DNA from: Halarcobacter sp.
GTDB lineage: Bacteria; Campylobacterota; Campylobacteria; Campylobacterales; Arcobacteraceae
NCBI GenBank assembly: GCA_963676565.1
Contig: OY781089.1
Location: forward strand, 384,001 to 448,000
Direction: 5' to 3'
Length of the DNA stretch: 64,000 nt
Shown in pieces: positions 42,149-52,281 of this stretch (within the stretch, counting starts at the first letter, position 1; every line of letters starts with the position of its first letter). The notes beneath the pieces were generated by a model that had not been told where the DNA came from, ran no database searches, and was given only the letters and a program-made list of their open reading frames with translations. Made by a program: the position numbers and the translations under genes.

Positions 42149-42746
42149 TCCCTTCTACTTTATCCCAAGTTAAACCAGAATCTTTTTGCCCTTTAAACAT
42201 ATTATAAATATATCGTGCGAACATGTCAGTTTCTAAATTTACTTTTGATCCAATCTTATAAGTTCTAAATAATGTATTTTCAACTGTATGGGGAATAATA
42301 GTAAGCCTAAAACTATCTTTTAAAACTTCATTTACAGTTAAAGAAACCCCATCAATAGTTACACTACCTTTTGGGATAATATATTTTGAGTAGTCATGTG
42401 GAAGTGAAATTATAAAATCAGTTGAGTTTCCATTGTTTTTAATTGATTTAATTGTCCCTAGACAATCAACATGCCCTTGAACAATATGCCCCTCAAATCT
42501 GTCACCCATCATCATAGCTGGTTCTATATGTACTTGACCTCTATAGTTTTCCATTGCTAAAATTTTTTGAGATTCAGGCGAAAGTTCAACAGTGAAAGTA
42601 TCACTTGTATATCTTACAACAGTTAAACAAGCTCCATTAACAGCAATTGAATCTCCAATTTTTGGAGTATATTTTGCTTTTAATGTTAAAAAATTGTTTT
42701 TAAAGCTAATTACATTAGCCATTTCACGAATAAGACCAGTAAACAA
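42132..42746 (-). CDS. ribE: Riboflavin synthase (alpha chain; ribC in E. coli nomenclature)
   Basis: MFTGLI, GDSIAVNGACLTV, GHIVQGHVD, KGSVTIDGVSLTV, VNLETD; TTG start. Confidence 0.95.
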   Translation of the reverse strand: MFTGLIREMANVISFKNNFLTLKAKYTPKIGDSIAVNGACLTVVRYTSDTFTVELSPESQKILAMENYRGQVHIEPAMMMGDRFEGHIVQGHVDCLGTIKSIKNNGNSTDFIISLPHDYSKYIIPKGSVTIDGVSLTVNEVLKDSFRLTIIPHTVENTLFRTYKIGSKVNLETDMFARYIYNMFKGQKDSGLTWDKVEGIMASY

Positions 42747-42787
42747 TTTATTGTTCCTTTAAAAAAATTTGTAAATTTTAAAATATT

Positions 42788-42796
42788 TGGTATAAT
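42788..42796 (+). promoter_or_regulatory. Extended -10 promoter for mnmG
   Basis: TGGTATAAT (TGnTATAAT). Confidence 0.65.
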
Positions 42797-42879
42797 ACCG
42801 AAATTTTAATGAGAAGCTGATTTTACGTAGCTTCATATAGTCGGCTTTATTCAAGCAAACAATCAAGAAATTAAATATT

Positions 42880-42925
42880 GAAATTTTTTAGATAAGTGGA
42901 AGAAAACATTTATCTAAGAAATTTC
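42880..42925 (+). other. 19-bp stem-loop in the mnmG leader
   Basis: GAAATTTTTTAGATAAGTG-GAAGAAAA-CATTTATCTAAGAAATTTC; both non-Watson-Crick positions are G-U on the + strand. Confidence 0.7.
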
Positions 42926-42953
42926 CATCGAAAAAATAACGAAGGAAGAAAAT

Positions 42954-44822
42954 ATGTACGACATTATTGTTGTTGGTGGAGGTCATGCAGGTATTGAAGC
43001 CTGTTTAGCCGGTGCCAGAATGGGTAAAAAAACCCTACTTATTACCATGCTAGTTGAACAAATAGGTGCTGCCTCTTGTAACCCTGCAATTGGTGGTCTT
43101 GCTAAAGGTCATCTAGTAAGAGAATTAGATGCTCTTGGTGGAGAAATGGGATTATGTACTGATGCAACAGGAATTCAATTTAGAATTTTAAATGCAAGTA
43201 AAGGTGCAGCAGTTCAAGGCTCAAGAGCTCAAATTGATATGGACAAATATAGAGAGTATATGAGAAAAGTTTGTCATAGTACTCCTAATTTAGAAGTTTA
43301 TCAAGATGAAGTAAGTTCACTTTTAGTTAAAGAAAATGAAGTTTATGGTGTAAAAACAAAACTAGGTGAAGAGTTCAAAGCTAAAAAAGTAATCCTTACA
43401 ACGGGAACTTTTATGAGAGGATTAATTCATATTGGTGAAAATACTTATGATGCAGGACGAGCTTGGGAACTACCATCTTCAACACTATCTTTACAATTAA
43501 AAGAATTAGGACTGAAAGTTGGAAGACTTAAAACTGGAACTCCTGCAAGAATCGATTCTTCATCAATAAATTTTGATGTAATGGATGCCCATGGAGGGGA
43601 TGAAAAGCCAACACCATTTTCATTTAGAACAGATAAGTCAACTTTTGAACCAAAACAATATCCATGTTATATTACATATACAAATGTTGGAACACATGAT
43701 ACTATTACAGGAAACTTCCATAGAGCGCCACTTTTTACAGGTCAAATTCAAGGAAGTGGACCTAGATATTGTCCAAGTATTGAAGATAAAGTAAATAGAT
43801 TTTCAGAGAGAGATAGACACCAATTATTCTTAGAACCACAAACTGCAATGTGTACAGAATACTATATAAATGGACTTTCAACATCTTTACCAATTGATGT
43901 TCAAAAACAAATGATTCATTCTATTAATGGTTTAGAAAATGCAAAAATCATTAGATATGGATATGCTATTGAATACGATTATGTTGACCCAACAGAATTA
44001 AAACATACCCTTGAAACAAAAGATATAAAAAATCTTTATCATGCAGGGCAAATTAATGCAACAACAGGATATGAAGAAGCTGCTGCTCAAGGTATGATGG
44101 CAGGGATTAATGCCTCTTTAGCAATTGATGGTAAAGAACCTTTTGTATTAAGAAGGGATGAGGCTTATATTGGAGTTTTAATTGATGACTTAGTTACAAA
44201 AGGAACAAATGAACCATATAGAATGTTTACTTCAAGGGCTGAGTATAGACTTCTTTTAAGGGAAGAGAATGCTGACTTAAGACTTTCTCAATATGGATAT
44301 GATTTAGGTTTAGTTTCTGATGAACAAATACAAAAAGTTGAACATAAAAGAAAAACTTTAAATGATGCAGTTGAATTTATGGCAAATGAATGGTTTACAT
44401 CTAAAAAAGAAAACCTTGAACTACTTGAATCTTTAGGTGAAGACAAGATTAAAGATAGAGCACTTTTAATTGATATCGTTGGTAGAAGTAGTGTTGACGC
44501 ATCAAAATTTGATAAATTAGTTCCAAGTTTAGCAGATACAGATGAATATTTAAAAGAACAAATTATTATTGAAGCAAAATATTATAGATATATTCATAAA
44601 CAACAAAAACAAATAGAAAAAATGAAAAAAATGCTTCAATTAAAAATACCTGAAAACTTTGAATATAAAAATATTCCTGGATTATCAAATGAAGTAGTTG
44701 AAAAACTTGAAAAGTTTAGACCACCTACACTGTTTAATGCAAGTGAAATCTCTGGAGTTACACCAGCTTCATTAGATATTTTACATATGTACTTAAATAT
44801 TCCAAAAAAAAGCAATGATTGA
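42954..44822 (+). CDS. mnmG: tRNA uridine-5-carboxymethylaminomethyl synthesis enzyme (GidA)
   Basis: [47 protein letters not shown]. Confidence 0.98.
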   Translation: MYDIIVVGGGHAGIEACLAGARMGKKTLLITMLVEQIGAASCNPAIGGLAKGHLVRELDALGGEMGLCTDATGIQFRILNASKGAAVQGSRAQIDMDKYREYMRKVCHSTPNLEVYQDEVSSLLVKENEVYGVKTKLGEEFKAKKVILTTGTFMRGLIHIGENTYDAGRAWELPSSTLSLQLKELGLKVGRLKTGTPARIDSSSINFDVMDAHGGDEKPTPFSFRTDKSTFEPKQYPCYITYTNVGTHDTITGNFHRAPLFTGQIQGSGPRYCPSIEDKVNRFSERDRHQLFLEPQTAMCTEYYINGLSTSLPIDVQKQMIHSINGLENAKIIRYGYAIEYDYVDPTELKHTLETKDIKNLYHAGQINATTGYEEAAAQGMMAGINASLAIDGKEPFVLRRDEAYIGVLIDDLVTKGTNEPYRMFTSRAEYRLLLREENADLRLSQYGYDLGLVSDEQIQKVEHKRKTLNDAVEFMANEWFTSKKENLELLESLGEDKIKDRALLIDIVGRSSVDASKFDKLVPSLADTDEYLKEQIIIEAKYYRYIHKQQKQIEKMKKMLQLKIPENFEYKNIPGLSNEVVEKLEKFRPPTLFNASEISGVTPASLDILHMYLNIPKKSND

Positions 44823-44914
44823 AAAAATAAAAAACAATAAAATTGCCCAAATAGTAATATTAAAATTACTAACAATCCTTGCTATTGCAGGGAACTTATA
44901 CTTCTCATAAAAAA

Positions 44915-44945
44915 TCACCTATTAAATTTTTCTTTTAATAGGTGA
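44915..44945. terminator. Hairpin downstream of mnmG
   Basis: TCACCTATTAAA-N7-TTTAATAGGTGA perfect 12-bp stem. Confidence 0.6.
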
Positions 44946-45078
44946 GCACTATATTTAATAATTCAAATGTTAATAACTAAGCATATAAATAATAATTATT
45001 TTTAGTTTTTAATCAAAAGATAAGTCTCATTTGATAAAACTATTCTATAATAATATATCTCTACTAAAAGGGAGAAAA

Positions 45079-46440
45079 ATGAAAACTTATGACACAATTA
45101 TAATTGGAGGAGGAAGGGCTTCTTCCTTAGCAAAAAACATTGGTAAGCTTGGTAAAAAAGTTGCCCTGATTGAGAAATCAAGCTTAGGGGGAACCTGTGC
45201 AAATAGAGGATGTGTTCCTTCAAAACTTCTAATTGGATATGCAGATGTTATTAGAAATATTCAAACTTCCCAAAGACATTATATATCAAGTAAAATAGAA
45301 GATATCAATTTAAAGGAGATTTTTGAAGATAATAACTCATTTATTCATAGTGTAGATGGAAATTATAAATCTCAATTAAATGATAATGTCGATTTATATA
45401 GAGGAGTAGGATATTTTCTTTCAAATAATGTAATTGAAGTAAACAATGAGATATTAACATCAGAGAAAATTATTATTGCAACGGGGACTTCCCCAAAAGA
45501 GCCTCCTTTTAAAGGAGCATGGACAAGTGATGATATATTTCCATTAGAAAAAATACCCTCTTCTATTTCTATAGTTGGTTCAGGTTTTATTGCTTGTGAA
45601 CTTGCAAATGTTTTTGATGCATTAGGAATTAAAACAAAACTTCTTGTAAGAGGAGATAGACTTTTATCAAATGAAGATGAAGATATACAAGAAACTTTCA
45701 AAAAAGAGTTTAGTAAAAATATTGATATAGAGTTTAATACAACTATAAAAGATGCTAAATACAAAGATGGTTTATTTGAAATCACTCTTGAAAATAAAGA
45801 CAAAAGTACAAAACAATATAAAAGTGAAGCTTTACTATATGCAATAGGTAGACAATCCAACGCACATAGTCTAAAGTTAGGAAATACAACTATTGAAACT
45901 GATGAAAGAGGTTATATAAAAAGAGATAATTTCTTTGAGACAAATGCAAAAGGTGTATATGTTGTAGGGGATGCAGCAGGAGAATATATGCTACAACATG
46001 CAGCAGCATATGAAATGAATTATCTTTTTAAAATTTTATTCGAAGATAAAAAAGAACCTCTAAAATTTAAATATATGCCCCATGCTGTATTTACTAGTCC
46101 AGAAATTGCAAGTGTTGGGCTTACTGAAAAGCAAGCACAAGAAAAAAACTTAGACTTTGTAGTATCAAAAACTTCATGGAAAGCAAGTGCAAAAGCACAA
46201 GCTATGAAACTAGATTATCCCTTTACAAAATTAATTGTTGATAAAAATACTTATGAAATCTTAGGTTGCCATATAATTGGACCACAAAGTTCGACGATGA
46301 TTCACCAAGTATTGACAGTTATGCATATTGACAATGATATTAGACATTTAAAAGAGATGCTTTATATTCATCCTGCTTTAAGTGAAACACTTTTACCTGC
46401 TGCAATAAATACAATAAAAAATATTGAAAAAAGGAAATAG
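45079..46440 (+). CDS. Class I pyridine nucleotide-disulfide reductase (Lpd/glutathione/mycothione reductase family)
   Basis: GGTCANRGCVPSK redox disulfide, GSGFIACELA, PHAVFTSPEIASVG, HPALSE; start moved to ATG 45079 after GGGAG. Confidence 0.88.
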   Translation: MKTYDTIIIGGGRASSLAKNIGKLGKKVALIEKSSLGGTCANRGCVPSKLLIGYADVIRNIQTSQRHYISSKIEDINLKEIFEDNNSFIHSVDGNYKSQLNDNVDLYRGVGYFLSNNVIEVNNEILTSEKIIIATGTSPKEPPFKGAWTSDDIFPLEKIPSSISIVGSGFIACELANVFDALGIKTKLLVRGDRLLSNEDEDIQETFKKEFSKNIDIEFNTTIKDAKYKDGLFEITLENKDKSTKQYKSEALLYAIGRQSNAHSLKLGNTTIETDERGYIKRDNFFETNAKGVYVVGDAAGEYMLQHAAAYEMNYLFKILFEDKKEPLKFKYMPHAVFTSPEIASVGLTEKQAQEKNLDFVVSKTSWKASAKAQAMKLDYPFTKLIVDKNTYEILGCHIIGPQSSTMIHQVLTVMHIDNDIRHLKEMLYIHPALSETLLPAAINTIKNIEKRK

Positions 46441-46444
46441 TTTT

Positions 46445-47440
46445 ATGAATAATTTCTTAGAACCAAAAGTAACACAAAATTATAAAGATGAAATCAGACA
46501 TATAGGTTTTGAATTAGAGTTTGCAAATATTGATATAGAAGATGTACTGTCTATTTTAGAAGAAAAATTTGGCTTCAATGTAAAAAAAGTCAATAATTAC
46601 CTATTTAAAATTGATTCAAAATATGGTGACTTTATACTTGAACTAGATTTCGAACTTTTAACTCAACAAAAAATTCCAAAAAATATAAAAGAGTTATCAA
46701 AGAAAATAGGTGTAACGATAAAAGAAGAAGATATTGAAAATATTGAAAAAATAGTAGGTGACCTTTCAAAAGATATTGTCCCATATGAAATAAGTACACC
46801 ACCTCTTCCTTTAGATGAAGTATCAATTATCGATAACATAATAAAAGAATTAGCAAAAAACCATGCAAAAGGAACTAAACATAAAATATATTATGCTTTT
46901 GGTTTACATATTAATGTAGAAGTTATCTCTTTAGATGTGAAAAGTTTATTAGACTATACAAGAGCATATTTAATACTTCAAAACTATATAAACAAAGATG
47001 CCAAAATAGACTTAGCAAGAAAAATCACACCTTTTATTGATAACTTTAAAGATGACTATATCAAGCATGTGCTAGATGAAGCATATAATCCATCAATTGA
47101 TGAATTTATTGAAGATTATTTAGAATTTAACCCAACAAGAAATAGATCCCTTGATTTTCTTCCAATTTTAGCTTTTATCAATGAAGACAAAGTTAGAGCT
47201 AAACTTCCAAAAGAAAAGATAAAACCAAGACCTGCTTTTCATTATAGATTATCTAATTCAATGATTGGAAATGAAGGATGGGAAGTTTCAGAAGAGTGGA
47301 ATAGATGGATTCTTGTGGAAAACTTAGCAAATGACAAGAAATCTTTAAATTTTTTAGCAAAAGAGTACTTAACACATTTAGATAATATTATAAACCTAAC
47401 AACTTGGGAAGGGAAAATAGAATCATGGCTAAACCATTAG
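46445..47440 (+). CDS. Amidoligase_2 family (glutamine synthetase-like COOH-NH2 ligase)
   Basis: GFELEF, PYEISTPP, AFGLHINVE, NPTRNR.LD.LP, KPRPAFHYRL; ATG 46445 after AAGGA. Confidence 0.82.
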   Translation: MNNFLEPKVTQNYKDEIRHIGFELEFANIDIEDVLSILEEKFGFNVKKVNNYLFKIDSKYGDFILELDFELLTQQKIPKNIKELSKKIGVTIKEEDIENIEKIVGDLSKDIVPYEISTPPLPLDEVSIIDNIIKELAKNHAKGTKHKIYYAFGLHINVEVISLDVKSLLDYTRAYLILQNYINKDAKIDLARKITPFIDNFKDDYIKHVLDEAYNPSIDEFIEDYLEFNPTRNRSLDFLPILAFINEDKVRAKLPKEKIKPRPAFHYRLSNSMIGNEGWEVSEEWNRWILVENLANDKKSLNFLAKEYLTHLDNIINLTTWEGKIESWLNH

Positions 47441-48111
47441 TTGGAATTTGCTTACCAGATAAAGGCAATTTTTTTGCATACTTATTTATAAAATGGAATT
47501 TAAAGATACAAGGTGCTACTAGCGTTAGACTAAGACCATCAAAAAATAATATTGATTTTAAAAGATTAGATGGAGTAATACTTAGTGGAGGGAATGATAT
47601 AGACCCAACTTTATATGGTGCAAATAAAGATGCTCATAATACAGAACTTGATAAAAAAAGAGATGCTTTTGAATTAGAGATAATTGATAAAGCCTATAAG
47701 GAAGAACTTCCTATTCTTGGTATTTGCAGAGGAGCACAATTAATTAATATCTATTTTGAAGGTAATCTTTACGCAAAAATACTTGACTTGGATGAATATT
47801 TAATACACCAAAACTCTATTTTTCCAATAAAAGAAGCAAAAGTTAAAAAAAATACTGACTTGCATTCTGCTGTAGAAGAAGATGAGATATTAATTAATAG
47901 TATACATAATCAAGCAATCAATAAAGTAGGAGAAGATTTAGAAGTTTCATCAAAACATGAATCTATTATTGAATCTGTTGAAAAAAAAGATTACCCTTTT
48001 TTACTTGCTTTACAATGGCATCCAGAATACCTAATATATTTAAAAGAACATAGAAATATTTTCAAAAAATTTGTCAAAGCTTGTATCAATTACAAGAAGG
48101 AATACAGTTAA
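47425..48111 (+). CDS. Gamma-glutamyl-gamma-aminobutyrate hydrolase family (peptidase C26, class I GATase)
   Basis: LSGGNDIDP, RDAFE, PILGICRGAQ (Cys nucleophile), NSIHNQA, QWHPE. Confidence 0.92.
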   Translation: MAKPLVGICLPDKGNFFAYLFIKWNLKIQGATSVRLRPSKNNIDFKRLDGVILSGGNDIDPTLYGANKDAHNTELDKKRDAFELEIIDKAYKEELPILGICRGAQLINIYFEGNLYAKILDLDEYLIHQNSIFPIKEAKVKKNTDLHSAVEEDEILINSIHNQAINKVGEDLEVSSKHESIIESVEKKDYPFLLALQWHPEYLIYLKEHRNIFKKFVKACINYKKEYS

Positions 48112-48240
48112 AATCATACCAGAGATTAATCTATGCATTTGAGATAAAAACTAAACAAATTAGTTAGTGATTTTTATATACATTTCAGTAATATAATAAA
48201 TTATATTTTAATATATTTAATTACATTGATGGAGCATAAA

Positions 48241-49080
48241 ATGAAAATTTACATATACGCAAAAGGAGATCATACTTTTGGTTTAGATGCAATAAGAAGA
48301 TGTTCATATATTGCTAAACTATTAAATGAAAAAAGTTGTGAAGCTATTTTATGTGTAAATGAGTTTAGTGCTGGTGCATATGCAAAGAAACAATTAAATA
48401 TAAAAAACTACATAATAACTGAAACATTAGATGAACTTTCAAAGGTTTTAAAAAAAGGAGATTCCCTAATCTATGAAAGTGATGAGATATCACAATTTAT
48501 TGAAACTCAAGAGAAAAACTATTTCTCTTTTCTTTATAAAATCCCTGATGATATTCCTATTTCTATCATTGATAGTTTTTTATATAAAAAGCAAAACTCA
48601 AGAAAAGATGAAAAACTATTTTTTTATGGGGATGAAGACTACTCAAAGTATTTAATTAACTTATGTGAAAAAACTACAAAATACGATATTCCTATTCTTT
48701 TAGGAGAATACTTTTTTATTGGAGATGAAAAAAAATTAGAAAATAGATTTTCACAACTTATAAATTCCCAAGAATACTTAAAGTGCGTTCAAAATACAAA
48801 ATACCTTTTAAGTGGTTCTTTAAACACATGTCTAGAATCAATTGAATGTGGGAATAAACCAGTTTTATTAAAAAGAGTTGATAAAAACTATGATGAAAAA
48901 TTAATAAAAAATATCCACCTACCAACAATTGACTTTACAAACCTTGATGAAATTTTGGTAAAATTTGAAGACATCATTAGTAACTATCCTAAGTTGAACA
49001 AAAAAGAAAAGTTTAATCTTGATACAATTATAAATGATATTTTTATTAGAATCAATACTTACAGAAGACTAAACTTGTAG
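48241..49080 (+). CDS. Hypothetical protein, possibly a degenerate PseG/SpsG-like GT-B fold
   Basis: N-terminal YAKGDHTFGLDAIRRC resembles the PseG G.GH..RC start; GGAG RBS before ATG 48241. Confidence 0.5.
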   Translation: MKIYIYAKGDHTFGLDAIRRCSYIAKLLNEKSCEAILCVNEFSAGAYAKKQLNIKNYIITETLDELSKVLKKGDSLIYESDEISQFIETQEKNYFSFLYKIPDDIPISIIDSFLYKKQNSRKDEKLFFYGDEDYSKYLINLCEKTTKYDIPILLGEYFFIGDEKKLENRFSQLINSQEYLKCVQNTKYLLSGSLNTCLESIECGNKPVLLKRVDKNYDEKLIKNIHLPTIDFTNLDEILVKFEDIISNYPKLNKKEKFNLDTIINDIFIRINTYRRLNL

Positions 49081-49168
49081 AAATATAATGCTAACTTATA
49101 ATATTTTATGGTTATCATAAGTTTACTTTATATATAATTTGAAAAATACATAATGACAGGATAGTGAC

Positions 49169-50554
49169 ATGGAAGCGAAAACTGCTACAATGAAAAAAAC
49201 TTCATTTAGAATTCAAAGATACTACGCTTATGTTGCTGCTACTGTAATAGCATTGGTTTTACCATTTATTAGAATTGATGGGAACCATATCTTTTTACTA
49301 TCTTTTGATAAAAAGCAGCTTCATTTAATGGGTGTTGCATTTGATATGCAAGAATTATATTTAATGCCATTTCTACTAATGCTTTTATTCCTAGGAATCT
49401 TTGCAGTTACTGCAATTGGAGGAAGAGCTTGGTGTGGTTGGGCATGTCCCCAAACTATTTTTAGGGTTATATACAGAGATTTAATTGAATCTAAACTTTT
49501 AGGTTTAAGAAGAATTAAAAATAAACAAAAAGAACCAGATTGGAGCAAAGCAGAAAATGCTTCAAAAAAAGTTGTTGCAATCTTAATTTGGACTATTATA
49601 TCTTTAGTTGCTGCAGCTGATTTTATGTGGTACTTTGTTCCACCTGAAGATTTCTTCAAATATATTATGAACCCAACAGAACATTGGTTCTTAATTGGTT
49701 TTGTAGTAGCAATTGCAGGTTTTTTAGTTTATGATGTAGTTTGGTTAAAAGAGGACTTTTGTGTTTATGTTTGTCCATATTCAAGGGTTCAATCAGTACT
49801 TTATGATGATGATACATATCAAGCTATCTACTCAACAAAAAGAGGTGGAGATATTTATAATGATAATAAAGAAAAAATTATCTTCAAAGCAAAAGATCTA
49901 CCAAATGAAACAGATGAATGTACGGCCTGTGAATCATGTGTAACAGTTTGTCCTACACATATTGATATTAGAAAGGGTTTACAACTTGAATGTATTAACT
50001 GTTTAGAATGTGTTGATGCATGTACAACTGTAATGGGTAAACTTGGAAAACCTTCACTTGTTCAATGGACTAGTACAAGAGATATAGAAAAAGGTGAACC
50101 AACAAAACTTATAAGAAGATCAACTATTATGTATTCAATAGCCTTAATTATAATACTAGGTCTTTTATTTGTTATGGGTGGTAAAAAAGAGTATATGTTG
50201 TTAAATGTTAATAAAACAACACAACTTTATAAAGTAAAAGAGGGAAATGTTGTTTCTAACAACTTCTTATTCTTATTCCAAAATACAGATAATAAACCAC
50301 ATACGTATGCTTTAGAGATAATAGACCATGAAGATATAAAAATAAAAAGATTTAAACCTTTTAAATTAAATCCAAAAAGAATGGCTAAAAAAGTAGTTAT
50401 TTTAGAAACTGATAAAATATTAGTTAACAACAAAACTAAAGATACACCAATTACTGTAACTATCAGAGCTTATGCCGTTGATGAACCAGAAAGAGTTACT
50501 GTAACTAGAAAAGCAGTATTTATCTATCCAAGATCAGATAAGCTTAAAAACTAA
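49169..50554 (+). CDS. ccoG: Cytochrome c oxidase (cbb3) accessory protein CcoG/FixG
   Basis: GRAWCGWACPQT, FCVYVCPY.R.Q, CTACESCVTVCPTHIDIR.GLQLECINCLECVDAC. Confidence 0.95.
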   Translation: MEAKTATMKKTSFRIQRYYAYVAATVIALVLPFIRIDGNHIFLLSFDKKQLHLMGVAFDMQELYLMPFLLMLLFLGIFAVTAIGGRAWCGWACPQTIFRVIYRDLIESKLLGLRRIKNKQKEPDWSKAENASKKVVAILIWTIISLVAAADFMWYFVPPEDFFKYIMNPTEHWFLIGFVVAIAGFLVYDVVWLKEDFCVYVCPYSRVQSVLYDDDTYQAIYSTKRGGDIYNDNKEKIIFKAKDLPNETDECTACESCVTVCPTHIDIRKGLQLECINCLECVDACTTVMGKLGKPSLVQWTSTRDIEKGEPTKLIRRSTIMYSIALIIILGLLFVMGGKKEYMLLNVNKTTQLYKVKEGNVVSNNFLFLFQNTDNKPHTYALEIIDHEDIKIKRFKPFKLNPKRMAKKVVILETDKILVNNKTKDTPITVTIRAYAVDEPERVTVTRKAVFIYPRSDKLKN

Positions 50555-50556
50555 AA

Positions 50557-50586
50557 AACTAAAAGGGGTTTAATCTCCTTTTAGTT
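50557..50586 (+). terminator. Intrinsic terminator after ccoG
   Basis: AACTAAAAGGGG-TTTAAT-CTCCTTTTAGTT. Confidence 0.75.
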
Positions 50587-50664
50587 AACTTCTTATTTAC
50601 TTACTATTAGCTATAATCGCGAATAATTTTATTTTATTTTTTCAAAATCACGGAGTTTCTTACA

Positions 50665-52281
50665 ATGACAAAATTTATATTTGTAACAGGTGGAGTATTA
50701 AGTTCACTTGGTAAAGGTATTACATCTGCATCTATTGCAACTATTCTAAAACAATCAGGTTTTAATGTTTCAATGCTAAAAATTGATCCATATTTAAATG
50801 TTGACCCAGGAACAATGAGTCCCCTTGAACATGGTGAAGTATTTGTTACAGCTGATGGAGCAGAAACAGACTTAGACTTAGGAAACTACGAAAGATTTAT
50901 TGATAAAACTTTAACAGCTAAAAACTCTTTTACAACAGGACAAGTTTACCAAAGTGTAATTAGAAGAGAAAGAGAAGGTGGATATCTAGGTAAAACGATT
51001 CAAGTAATCCCTCATGTTGTAGATGAGATCAAAGATAGAATCTATGCAGCTGCTGATGATAATGATTTCTTAATCATCGAGCTTGGTGGAACAGTAGGAG
51101 ATATCGAAGGTTTGCCTTTTATGGAAGCAATTAGAGCTATTAGACATGAACTTCCAAAATCAAATACTATGAATATTCATGTAAGTTTAATCCCATTTAT
51201 TAGAGCTGCAGGTGAATTAAAAACAAAACCTACTCAACACTCAATTCAAGAATTAAGAAGAATTGGTATTACACCACATATGTTAGTATGTAGAACAGAA
51301 AAACCTCTTCCAAAAAATCTAAAAGATAAATTAGCACTTTCATGTGATGTTGATAGAAATGCCGTTATTGAAGCAGGAGATGCACAATCAATTTATTCAG
51401 TACCTTTACACTTTATCAAAGAGGGAATTTTAAATCCTTTATCTGAACACTTCAATGTAAAACTAAAACCAAATATGGAAAAATGGGACACTTTAGTAAA
51501 AAATATTTTAGTTCCACAAGAAGAAGTAACTATTGCCTTTGTTGGTAAATATTTAGATTTAAAAGAATCATATAAATCTCTTATTGAATCACTTATTCAT
51601 GCAGGAGCTCATTTAAATACAAAAGTAAATATCCATTGGTGTGACTCACAAAGGATTGAAGATAACGGAGCTTATGATGTTATTGGAAATGCTGATGGTA
51701 TTTTAGTTGCTGGTGGTTTTGGACACAGAGGTGTTGAAGGAAAACTTGAAGCAATTAAATATGCAAGAGAAAATAAAATCCCATATCTTGGAATTTGTCT
51801 TGGTATGCAACTAGCAGTAATAGAATATGCTAGAAATGTTCTTGAGATTGAAGACGCGAACTCTATTGAATTTGATCCTGAAACAAGTGAACCAATTATT
51901 TATTTAATAGATGAATTTATTGACCAAAATGGTGATAAACAATTAAGAACTCACAAATCACCAATGGGTGGTACAATGAGACTTGGGGAATACCCATTTG
52001 AACCTCTAAAAGGTACAAACTTACAAAAAGCATATGGAAATGAAGAGGTTTATTACGAAAGACATAGACACAGATATGAAGCAAACCCAGCATATAAAGA
52101 GAGATTAGAAGAAGCAGGAATGATTATTTCTGGACAATCAAATGGTCTAATTGAAGCTGTTGAGATTAAAGATCATCCATGGTTTGTTGGAGTTCAATTC
52201 CACCCTGAATTTACTTCACACTTAGAAACTCCAAATCCAATTATTACAGAATTTGTAAGACAGGCTAATACACATAATTAA
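50665..52281 (+). CDS. pyrG: CTP synthase
   Basis: [46 protein letters not shown]. Confidence 0.98.
   Translation: MTKFIFVTGGVLSSLGKGITSASIATILKQSGFNVSMLKIDPYLNVDPGTMSPLEHGEVFVTADGAETDLDLGNYERFIDKTLTAKNSFTTGQVYQSVIRREREGGYLGKTIQVIPHVVDEIKDRIYAAADDNDFLIIELGGTVGDIEGLPFMEAIRAIRHELPKSNTMNIHVSLIPFIRAAGELKTKPTQHSIQELRRIGITPHMLVCRTEKPLPKNLKDKLALSCDVDRNAVIEAGDAQSIYSVPLHFIKEGILNPLSEHFNVKLKPNMEKWDTLVKNILVPQEEVTIAFVGKYLDLKESYKSLIESLIHAGAHLNTKVNIHWCDSQRIEDNGAYDVIGNADGILVAGGFGHRGVEGKLEAIKYARENKIPYLGICLGMQLAVIEYARNVLEIEDANSIEFDPETSEPIIYLIDEFIDQNGDKQLRTHKSPMGGTMRLGEYPFEPLKGTNLQKAYGNEEVYYERHRHRYEANPAYKERLEEAGMIISGQSNGLIEAVEIKDHPWFVGVQFHPEFTSHLETPNPIITEFVRQANTHN

Noticed and set aside
42747..42953. FMN riboswitch controlling riboflavin synthase
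   Set aside because: No RFN consensus (AGGGC.GGG.GAAATTCCC.ACCGG) on either strand; the hairpin G-U pairs favour the mnmG strand
45079..46440. Mercuric reductase MerA or pyruvate-dehydrogenase E3
   Set aside because: No C-terminal Cys-Cys, no HMA domain, no mer or E1/E2 genes adjacent; the nucleotide-binding motif looks NADPH-type
50600..50665. pyrG reiterative-transcription attenuator
   Set aside because: No GGGC start or leader terminator after the TATAAT; the nearby hairpin lies upstream of the promoter and belongs to ccoG
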